From the NCBI GenBank assembly GCA_020536535.1, contig JAHLWZ010000636.1:135427-199426 (forward strand): a DNA stretch of 64,000 nt, given 5' to 3'. The stretch comes from Pelomyxa schiedti. Its lineage: Eukaryota; Protista; Evosea. The position numbers were made by a program, and so were the translations under genes. Each line of letters opens with the position of its first letter. The first letter of the stretch is position 1. Below are positions 1-10,000 of the stretch, in pieces. Under the pieces are notes generated by a model, which saw only the letters and a program-made list of their open reading frames with translations, did no database searches and was not told the DNA's origin.

Positions 1-1117
1 GTGTCGATCCTGCTGATCCTTCTGTACATTCTTCCTTAATGTCTGATAATGGAATTATGCCAAGTAATTCACTATTGTAGGTAGCCTTCTTAGAGCCAGC
101 GGCTTCATTTAGACCGTATCTCCTTTTCCTGCTTTTACCTGCGGAAATTGTAATTGCTCTCCTGTCCATCTTTGCTGTTGGACCCTTCCATGGGAATCCT
201 TACCTTAGCCCTTATGTGACAAAACGAAATTGCTTCATTTTTTATTTTGTAATCTGTCCAAACTAAAAATGACCATACCAACTCAATGGTAGAATCGCCT
301 TTCAACAGCAATGCAGCGCAAACTCTTAGCCCTCTTGGCTTTTGCTTGGTTTCTATGTCTTCACCTCGTTTTTTACAAATATCATACAAGGTAATCCTTC
401 ATTTTATCTTTCCAGTGATTAACCACTTAGCCCAGGAACCCATTCAATGAACCTAGTAACTTACATTCAAGGTCAGCTACTGTTCTTTGGTGTGTTCTGA
501 AGAAATGTAAAACGTAATTAATTAACAATTGCAAGGAATTCTGGCCTACATCCGGCTTAAACTCTCTAAAAAGCCCCTGCTTTCTAATCCTACATTAATT
601 ATCGAGCAGGACAATGTCACCGGACTCCCCATTGCAATGGGGCAAGATTTCACAGTAAACACCATGCTGCCACACTTGACCTAATCCCACAATCCTTCCA
701 ATTCAGATTACCGTGGAGTTCAGTGTGCTTGAGAACACTGTGATCAATGACGCCAGTGTGCAACTGCAGTGCACCGCGTTCCGCGGAGACAAGGCACTTG
801 GATTCCACGGCAGGAAAACCAAGCCGGCACTCTCGACTAGCTGCGTTGGGCACATGATACACCGAGGCGAGCAAGTGCGAATCCACTACGGCGTGTTCAA
901 CGTGCCGACTCCATCTTCCGACAAGAAGGACCTGCTGTGCTGCCACGCACAAATGAAAGAAGCCAGGGGCAGTGGTACAATAGTGGGGCCACCAAAGTGC
1001 GTATTCAGCTGGGCGATTGTGCACCAGATCGATGTGATGCTAGCCAGTGATGTTTCCCACCTTGATACACCCAGGCACCATTTCGATGTTGGAATTTGGG
1101 AGACAAACTGCACATAG
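1..1117 (+). CDS. 5'-partial multi-exon membrane protein (DUF3592-like 'VDPADPS-VAFL' segment, two TM helices, C-terminal beta-rich domain)
   Basis: Exons join as VDPADPS|VAFLEPAASFRPYLLFLLLPAEIVIALLSIFAVG...|NRLSTAMQRKLLALLAFAWFLCLHLVFYKY...|GILAYIRLKLSKKPLLSNPTLIIEQ...|ITVEFSVLEN...DVGIWETNCT* with GT-AG introns. The family call rests on motif resemblance only. Confidence 0.5.
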
Positions 1118-1347
1118 GGCCTGCAACAAAAAAAGTTCCAGATTGGTAGTATGCTTTTTGGCATTGACACACTTCTCACTTTCGAGAGTCCTGGAATACA
1201 GTGTTTTTCTTTTGTGAAGATTGGCATGAGAAGTCCCCAGGAAAAAAAAATCCCAAACTTTTGTGCTGAGAGCAACACCCTGATTCATCAAAACGAATTT
1301 TTTAGTGTGAGTCCCAAAGTTAATAATATCCTTCAGAGCTCATGCCG

Positions 1348-3336
1348 TCACGGGAAAAACTCAACAATGACTGAACCACTTCCATACAGTGACGACAAGC
1401 CAACAGAACAGCCCTCTGCCCCGGGATTGTGGATGAACGAACCACCCCAACCCCCACCCGTGCCACACACAGCACCCACCCGATGCCACACAGAGTAGGA
1501 CCACCTGAACACTCCACGCCCGCCCCGTCTCCGCGCCAATCACTACTGCACTACCGCCACCGCCACCTCCCCCCCCAAAACCGCCATTCCCAAAATCTTT
1601 GGGGCTATCATAGCTGCTAGCCCCAAAGAAGAGAAGGGGGTTTCCCCCAGACTTCCCTCCAGTGCCGCCAAAGCGTGGGGACTTACCACCTTCGGCTGCT
1701 GGATCGGACATTGATGTGCTGCCGGCACAGCCATTAGAGATCCAGCCAGCCCCTCCTCCTGCCCAGATGGTTGGCCCCGTTTTGGAATCCATACTTGTGG
1801 GCTGCGGCTCACCACCACCCCCACCTGTGCCTCCACCACTAGACAGGCGGTTCCCGTGTGTGCCGTTGCGTGTTAGGCTGGCATCCTGGCCATTGCTTGT
1901 ACTTCCCCCCCCTCCACCTCCTGCACATATTAAAATGTTGCCAGAACCGTGCTCCCAGACGAATGTACCTCCGCCACCTCCTCCATTTCTAGCTCTGGTT
2001 TCACCCCCCTGACCAACAAGGATGGCGATCACTGCGCCTTCTTCAATTGCCAAGAATGATGTAACAACAGCCCCACGCCCTCCTTTGGCCCCGAAATTTT
2101 TGGCATCACCACCACTTGCTCCAATAGCAGTGAATTTATACATTCCTGAGAATGGAACGATCCAACGCTGTATTCCTCCTGAAAGTGTGACACTCATTTG
2201 GAATGGTGAACTATAGCCAACAGTGGTCGGTTCTTCTTTGATTCTCCCATCAAGTGAGGTGAACTGGAATATCCTTGCTGCTTTGACTATTGCAATGACT
2301 TGCGTCAATTTCGCCGCTTGTGTGCGATTGTCTGTTTCCAATTGCTGGCACAGTCTTGACAAGCGTAGAATTTCCTCATTGCAATGAATTTCTAAGTTGG
2401 AAAACATCTCTTTGAGTCTTTTGTTCTCATTGACCAGTGGCCCAAAAATGGGGTTAAGTTTAGCAATAGTACAGGATTGGATATGCTCATCGTAATGGCA
2501 TTTTGGGCCACTCCATGTGCAAAAAGGCTGTGCACAACACTTCACAGTCACTCTCGAACATGCCTTCTGATGCTCCTCCATTACTCTTGGTCTCACTTTT
2601 TCCCCACATCCATTTGGGCAGTCTTTCAGCGAGATTAGTAAAAAAGACATACAAGGCAAGGGGTAAGTACTTATAGGGCAATCAGACTCCTTGTGTGACA
2701 GGTCCTTAAGCGATCTCCTTATCACGTGGTCCCCACAAATGTCACATACAACAGGTACACTCAAGCACTCTGTTTGCTCGTGTTGCAGTTGACTTCTGGG
2801 GGCAACTTTCATGCCACAGTGCATGGGGCATTCTGTACCACAGTGAGCAATATATGACAGTGGCAGGCCACATACCAATTGGACACTCGGGGATGTGAGA
2901 GCAAAGTGTGTCCCTCTTGAATATGGCGCCGCACACAGGGCACTTGACTTCAATCAGAGCCAACTTTGCCAAAATAGGCTTAGCAGTGACAGGCTTTAGT
3001 TTGCCTTCCATTTCCTCATCACACAATGGACATGTTTTCCTCTGATTTGTATATAATATGAGAAAACAAACAACAACCAAAGGGAATGTGCACACAGTCA
3101 TAGAGCAAGCCATACACAACCAGGCACTGCAATCGTGAACAACTGGATGATATGCAATTGCTGAGCACACTACGCACGTGTACCGTGCATCTAACATTGT
3201 CCCCTCTAAGTACTTGAACCACGACCCCGGTTCCTCCTGGATAGGAACGAGTGAGTTCGGTGTATAACAGATGTGTGTTCGTCTTCTACACCTTTGTTAA
3301 AAGGTCCGCGTCACAGTTGGTCGTATGTCCCGCCAT
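1348..3336 (-). CDS. RING + TRAF-type zinc fingers + coiled coil + ALK/LTK-type glycine-rich domain; 3' tail apparently frameshifted
   Basis: ATG at 3336. RING CVVCSAIAYHPVVHDCSAWLCMAC..CPLC; TRAF-like fingers CPMHCGMKV..HEQTEC and CPNGCGEKV..HQKAC; Gly-rich signature GGIQRWIVPFSGMYKFTAIGASGG..GGRGA..ILVGQGG..GGGGGTFV..ICAGGGGG. The expected terminus (GGSFIHN..GSGSVIVEFFP*) lies in another frame and ends at 1348. Confidence 0.8.
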
Positions 3337-3506
3337 GCCTTCGAACAAAAAAAAAAAGAAAAACTGTTACTCCTTCTACCCTCCGGTGAATAAAAAGTGT
3401 ACCGCCAGGCCTTGAGTGTGAAACGAGCTATCTATTGAGCTCCCCACAAGAGGGCAGGGGGATCGAAACCTCCATCTCCAAAGCACAAATTGAATTGAAA
3501 AAATCG

Positions 3507-5189
3507 ATGGCATCGTTGGGTGGTGTGGCGGTTGGCGCTGTTGTGTGCTTGTTAGTTGTGGTTGGGTATCCCACAATTGCGAGTGCACGTCCTCATACTG
3601 TGGAGCAGCCGTATCTATCCACTGCCAACCTGACAATAGGCATGTGGTGCGGCATACCCCCTCAGTACCTCTCCTACGACCGCGTGGCCGAAGTAGCCGC
3701 GGCGGGGCTCACGGTGGCCTCTGGCCCCTGCGAGGGCACCCCCGACTACACCTACAACTCGGCCCTGGCCTCCTACGCCTCGTCGCTGCCTGCCCCCGCC
3801 CGCCTCTCCGTCCTCGTCACCGACTCGCGCGCCGTCTCGGCCGGCTACGGCGACGACGTCTCGGCCAACGTGGCCGCCGTGGCCGCGGACTACTCGCCCT
3901 ACCCCGCGGTCTCGGGCTACTACCTGCGCGACGAGCCGCCGGCGCAGGACTTCCCGCCGCTGGCCAACGCGACGTCGGCCTTCCGCGCCGCGGACCCCTC
4001 GCGCCCCGCCTACGTCAACCTGCTGCCCAACTACGCGTCGGCGCAGCAGCTCGGCACCGCCACCTACGCCGAGTACGTCGAGCTGTTCGCGCACGAGGTC
4101 GCGCCGGCCGTCACGAGCTACGACTTTTACAACTTTTACAGCGACGGCTCCGACTCGACGGGGTTCTTCTCGAACCTCGAGGTGTTCAGGTCGGTCATGC
4201 TCGAGTACGGCTCCATCGAGTGGTGGCTGTACATCCAGGCGATAGAATTCTCCGGCCACAGGGCTACCAGCGAGGAGGAAAAGAGGTGGGCCGCGATGCA
4301 CACTATTGCTTACGGGGCGTGCGGCGTGTGCTACTTCACGTACTGGACTCCCCCCCAGACAAGCGAGGAATTCGGGGAGGGCATCATCGCGTACGACGGA
4401 ACCCAGACGGTGCAGTACCCCCAGGTGCAGAGGATAAATGCGAAGTTGGCGGCCTTGGGTGCTTTCACTTGCGCCGCATCTTCCAAGGATGTTTGGCACA
4501 ATGGTGAGCTTAGCCCAGATACGCACCCTCGCCCGTCGTGGGACTCTGTATATGTTCGGGGAGGCAATGCTGTTACCGTGGGCAAATTCGCGGCCTCGGA
4601 TGGCGGTGAGCTTGCTCTGATTGTCAACAGGGACTACACCTCCCAACAGCTTGTCAACTTGTGCCTTGCCTCAGCGGATTCAGCACCACTAGAATTCAGT
4701 ACTACTTCCAACAGTTGGGTGGCCATGGATGTAATCAGCGGCGATGAGTGGTGTGTCAACGTCCAAGTGGAAATTGATGCCGGTGATGCGGCTCTTGTGT
4801 ATCTCAAGGGACCAGTTCCGGCCGGTGAGCCTGGAGCCGAGGCCTATGTTGGAGTTGTGAGGCATGATATCGGCTCCCTTGATGTTGTGGATTCCCAGTG
4901 GGGAACAATGGAATTACGAAGTGCAGGCTGGCGCGACTGTCCAAGTGGCTTCAGCCTCGTTGGTGTTGATTTCGAGTCTAACGGCTTCTGGCTGTGTGCC
5001 AGGTCTGACCTGAGTTCAAATACATTCTACCTTGGAAATGTTGTGAAGGATGCAGGCACCCTTTACAAAGTGAGTGGGGGAACTGCAACTCCAAGTGGTT
5101 CTGCTAGTTGGAACACATGTCCTGATGGAAGCACACTTTTGGGAACTATGTTTGACAGCAATGGCTTCTGGTTGTGTTGTGTTCTCTAA
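3507..5189 (+). CDS. Intronless secreted glycoside-hydrolase-like TIM-barrel protein with two C-terminal Cys-containing repeats
   Basis: First ATG at 3507 is followed by a signal-peptide-like hydrophobic stretch. Motifs GYYLRDEP, AYVNLLPNYA, VTSYDFY, WLYIQA, GACGVCYFTYW. No introns over 1.7 kb. Confidence 0.75.
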   Translation: MASLGGVAVGAVVCLLVVVGYPTIASARPHTVEQPYLSTANLTIGMWCGIPPQYLSYDRVAEVAAAGLTVASGPCEGTPDYTYNSALASYASSLPAPARLSVLVTDSRAVSAGYGDDVSANVAAVAADYSPYPAVSGYYLRDEPPAQDFPPLANATSAFRAADPSRPAYVNLLPNYASAQQLGTATYAEYVELFAHEVAPAVTSYDFYNFYSDGSDSTGFFSNLEVFRSVMLEYGSIEWWLYIQAIEFSGHRATSEEEKRWAAMHTIAYGACGVCYFTYWTPPQTSEEFGEGIIAYDGTQTVQYPQVQRINAKLAALGAFTCAASSKDVWHNGELSPDTHPRPSWDSVYVRGGNAVTVGKFAASDGGELALIVNRDYTSQQLVNLCLASADSAPLEFSTTSNSWVAMDVISGDEWCVNVQVEIDAGDAALVYLKGPVPAGEPGAEAYVGVVRHDIGSLDVVDSQWGTMELRSAGWRDCPSGFSLVGVDFESNGFWLCARSDLSSNTFYLGNVVKDAGTLYKVSGGTATPSGSASWNTCPDGSTLLGTMFDSNGFWLCCVL

Positions 5190-5374
5190 TTAAGTAGTAA
5201 CAAGACTTGTTTCCGGTTTTTTTTTAAAAAAGACAGATAGGAGTAATTACAACTGGGTAAGTTAGGCCAGGTTACTGGTGTTTGCAACCAGAGCCCTTTT
5301 TGGCAGAGCCACTGGATGAGAGTGCAGGCGAAGAATGTGAGCTTGCTGGTGAGGCATGCGTTCCTCCTGTGGAA

Positions 5375-6295
5375 CTATGACCCGGTTGGGCTGCAGCTGC
5401 AGCGGCAGCCGCTTTCTCTTTCTGAACTAGCTTGGCATGGTAAGCCCGGGCAGCAGTTTCAAAGACAGTTGCTAAGTTGTCCTTAAGGGGGTAATAGTGA
5501 GTGGATAATATGAAAAAAACGAAACCTACTTGTGTTAATGCAGAACACTCTACATATTTATATGCCCCTATTTCTCTGGCCAGATTTTCTCCCTGGACGG
5601 GTTCAGTAACTTCTACAAGGTGGCTGGAAAGTTACCTGTTCTCTCGGGAGAGTTTTTCCTGGTTTAGAGCGCATATCCGACTTGGTTCCAACCAATACGA
5701 TTGGTGGAAGGGGTGTTACGAAATTACCAATCTCAGGGAGCCACTTTGATGTGACTCGGGCAAATGATGATGGTTCCGTGAGAGAAAAACAAATCAAGAA
5801 GACATCCGTTCTGTTACACAGTTAGAACGCCTGTGTAACACTACAGCAGTATGGGGACGGAATCAGAAAAACGAAAAGCGTACCCAGGATAGCTCAAGGG
5901 TCGCAAGCTATCATACTCCTCCGAACCTGTGGTAAATGTGAACTCATTTTTCTTTAGTCTCTTGCACACCACTTGTATCCCACAGGCCAAAGGCAATCGC
6001 AATGTTGTCAACCATGGCATTTGCATTATAGTTGTCCTATTAAATCGTCACAACTACATACACAATTGAGAGTAGCATACAAAAACCTGTGGGTAAGATA
6101 CTAAGTTTTGGGGATAAAAACCAAATGAAATACCGTAGGTACATAGTCTCCAGGAAACGAGTTGGTTGTGTACGAAATCAATAAACATGTTTTCCCTATA
6201 CCGTCGTTTAAAAAAAAAATTGGACAGTAAAAAAACGAACCGACGTTGCCGTCACCAACGACCATGACCTTCAATTCAAATGCTTTCTGCGACAT
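5375..6295 (-). CDS. Rho/Rac-family small GTPase, atypical (switch II WDTSGSEEY; no CaaX)
   Basis: Spliced product: [105 protein letters not shown]. Confidence 0.93.
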
Positions 6296-6527
6296 TTACA
6301 ACACACTAATAAAAATAAACTGGAGCGGATTAAAAGTGGTGCCACCAGCGGCACTACTTGATTTTTGTTTTTTTTTTTTTCTTCTTTCCTTGTGGAGATA
6401 CTTTGAAGTTTGTTTTCAAGGACTTTGTCAGCCCCGAAAGCGAAAAAACAAAAACCACTGGTTGAACCATTTTTCGCCATAGGGCGAACACATCTCATCT
6501 ATCGTACTTCATCACCCATCACACGAC

Positions 6528-6876
6528 TCAAACGGCGCTTTTCCACTCGCCCATAACTGTCTCAATGATGGCAACGTAGTTGTTGATAACCTCTTCCCTC
6601 CACTCGCCCAACTGCTTGTTGTTCTGCGCCACTTCTTGCACCAATGCTATGAGTGCCTCGCTCTCTGTGAGGTGTTTTTTAAAGAGGCACGAAAAGACAA
6701 GATTCGATGTCAAACCTCACACCTGCTTTGTGAGTGGCTATCTCGATTTGGAGCTGTGACACCCGTGACTCCAGAGTCCTGCGCTCTGTTGCCCAGTCTC
6801 GTTGCTCAGTGCTCACAATCACAACACCACATCTTCCGTGTTCTTTTTTTTTCTTCCACCACCTCTTCAGTCCCAT
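6528..6876 (-). CDS. Small two-exon coiled-coil hypothetical protein
   Basis: MGLKRWWKKKK..RRTLESRVSQLQIEIATHKA|ESEALIALVQEVAQNNKQLGEWREEVINNY..WKSAV*; an in-frame phase-1 GT-AG intron joins the two ORFs. Confidence 0.55.
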
Positions 6877-7048
6877 GTTTGTGGCTCAAAGAGAAAAAAG
6901 TTGTGATTTCTTTTCTTTATTATACTGTAAGTGTGGCAATGTATGAGTAACTGAAATGGTTTCCCGTTATTTTTTTTTTATCTATTAAACACAAACACAG
7001 CTCTAAGTTGAGATAGTGTGGTTAGTGATGAATTTGGTTGCCGTTGAA

Positions 7049-10000
7049 CTAGTGCTTGTTCGAAATGGGATTGAGTGTGTGTGTGGTTGTTGTGTGATTG
7101 TTGGATGTGGCAGCTGCATGCCGTGATTGGGTAGCAACTGACACTTTCCTTCCTGTTTGTGGTGATGTTGAGGTTGATGCTACTGGAGTGGTGGCTAAGG
7201 CAATAGCCGGTGATATGCTGGGCTTGCGGAGTGTGGATGGAGAAGAGTTCTGTGTGGCTGGAGTGTTGTTGGAACCAGAACCCGGCTTTGTGGGAGTGCT
7301 GTTGTTAGTAGTGGTATTGCCATTGGTGCTAGTTTGAGACTGTTGGTGCGCATTGTTGGCTGCCTTTGGTGCGGGGGTTGGCTTAGCCCCGTTTGGAGGA
7401 GTGGTGGTGCTGTTGTTTTGAGTCCCGCTGGGGGACGAGGCTTGATCTGATGATGTGTCGGGACCAGAATCGCTTGGGGACAGTGGTGGCGACTTCGTGG
7501 CACTGTTTTCATCATCCTGACTTCTTTTAACTTGAGGAGTAGATGTTAACTTTTTCTTTTTTGATTGCTCACAGCTATACCTGATTTGGCAGTGGTCGGG
7601 GAATTGACAGGTGACCCTTCAGGGGTAGGGTCTTCTCATCAATAAGTTAAATAGAAAATAGTGTAACACATACCGGCGTTTGATGAAGAACTCTGCGCTC
7701 TCTTCTTTGAGTAGCCGGTCATCTGTGCATCTTTAACCATTGTTGCAATTTCCTACAGTGGGATGACAGTAAAAGAAAAAAGAAAAAGCAGGAAAGACTA
7801 CCATCTGAACTTCAGATTGCAGTATATGTATCGAAGATGAGGGCTCCGAAAAGGCCACTCGGCCAAATTTTTCTCGGAAAAGAGGAACCAATTCCGATTC
7901 AGTTTTACAGAGCTGTTGTTGTTGGCGGTTTAAAGGGAGTTTTATTGAAACCTTATCCTGAAATCTGAGCAGCAAAACTGTAACATATGTAATGACGTCA
8001 ATGGTATCAGCGGGTGGATGTGAATCAGAATCGATATTTGGTCTGAGAAAGAACGGCCCGAAAATGGAAGCAACCTATCTTTCCTATGAAAATTGCGAAT
8101 TTGGTGAGTATCTGTACTTTTTGAAGATCTTGACCACACTCACTACTCCAATATCGAAGAAAAGAAAGAACATAGGTCAGAAGTGCGCTATTTGGGAATG
8201 GAAGTTGCTGTATAAGCCATTTAAGAGTGAGTATTTCGGAATCTCCTGCGCCTTGCCCAATACCTGTGATAGTAAGTTGAGTCGGCTTCAAGTGATGAAA
8301 AATATACGGGAAAGCATCATCTCTCCAACTTTAGCAAATTTGGGGTATAATGAGGATGTGAGCAGTGGTTCGGGTAACTCTGCAAGGTACAATTTGACAA
8401 CTTCACCCAAAGTTACATAATCGGTAAACGATTGGTCTAGCGGTTGACCTAATATGCATTAGCTTAAACCACAGGGGTTGGTGAAAACCAGAATCAAACT
8501 GAGACTTCAGTTTCTCTAGAATAGGGTAATTTCCCTCTTGAGTGAAAATTTTATCATTGCCAATTGCTGAAAACCACTTATTCTTTTATCACTCACATTG
8601 TAAGAGGAAACCTCTAAGATACAAGCAATTCAACACTTCACGCATAACAGGTGGCACTAATCTTTGCTCTGGGCGAGAAGAGATAACTTTCATGTCAATT
8701 CCGAATTGTTTTGTATTTTCTGTTTGCGAGAGGTCACTTCCTACTAACGTAAAATAAAAATACCATTGACCCGGGACTGAAGGAAAATACAGAGTTATGG
8801 TGAGAAAAATTGGAAATGATAGGGGAAGTACCTTGGTGGATAAAACTGCAAACCAGTGCCTTGTTTGCTCTTCCTGAGGTGCAGCAATCTGCAATTGTAA
8901 GAGAAGGAAGGAGTTGATGTGAGATGTACCACAAAGGGCTTTTCCTCTTTAGGTCGGTGAACATTCCGTTTTAGCATAATGCAGAGCTGTGAATTGTCTC
9001 TTACTAGTACTACATCGTAAAACTGAAGTGCCATTATTCTTTTTGGAAATGGATCCTGAGATTTGGTTGGTAAGATATTTTCTAAGAACTGTTAACCTGA
9101 CTATCAGAATAACACAGCAGGAAGGAATCCATTACTACAAGCCATCGACGTTTTTCTTTGGTGAAAGCCTGGGTTTTTCTTGTTCTTGGTTGGACTTCCA
9201 CTTGCACAGGTTTGAAGCAGTAACTATGAAAACGAGCTTCAAATTTGTTCATATAACCGCATAAAGCACCCTCGGTCTATAGATTGTTGGTACGGAATAG
9301 TAGTAGAAACAGATTACAAAGTTAATGTTTTGTACTCGGTTTCTTATCTGCTCCTCTGTTTCTGGTCTCTTACCATTTGATGAGAACTCATTTGAGGAAG
9401 AAGCTAGATTACAATAATTTGGTCAATTGGCATCACAACAACCACTCCACTTCCAGACAGTCTATGATCGTTGTAGGAGAGGTTCCCGTTAAGCCATTTT
9501 ACTAAAAACTTTTAGTTATTGGTATTATAAGTGTGATTACCTAGGGTATCATTATCATAGTAAAGGAACACTAATTCAGTTTGTGCTTCAAAGGCTGTTG
9601 CAAATAGAGGCTCCATTAACACAAGTGGCGCATTGCCATCAATTACAGTGACTGTTAACAAAATTACTGCCTGAGGAAAAAAAAACACAGTCAAACCAGC
9701 TGTCGTGCATGTGTCAGCACTCACAAAAGCTGTGTTAACAAAAACTTGGGATGGGAGAAGAGCAAAGAAATTTCCCTGAGCATTCAACAATTAAATGCTT
9801 CAAAGAGTGTCTAAATATTACCCCTTTCTTGGAGAAATTTGGCTGACTCGTAAGTAGGTCACTCAGAATTTGGCAGGCAGCTACCATGAAACCAGGTTGG
9901 CTTTTTAATGTGGGAGCTATTAATGAGCATGTAGTCTTGCCCATATTCTCCAAAAAGGTTTTTGTATAGTTATTTGGGTTTTGTACTGTCTTCACCCATT

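Noticed and set aside
135-389. Minus-strand 84-aa ORF
   Set aside because: It is antisense to exons of the + strand membrane-protein gene, and the splice signals favour the + strand.
3545-4646. Long overlapping ORFs (320 aa +, 343 aa -), and similar ones at 18-19 kb and 26.6-27.6 kb
   Set aside because: Arg/Pro/Gly-rich shadow frames produced by high GC3; they contain no protein motifs.
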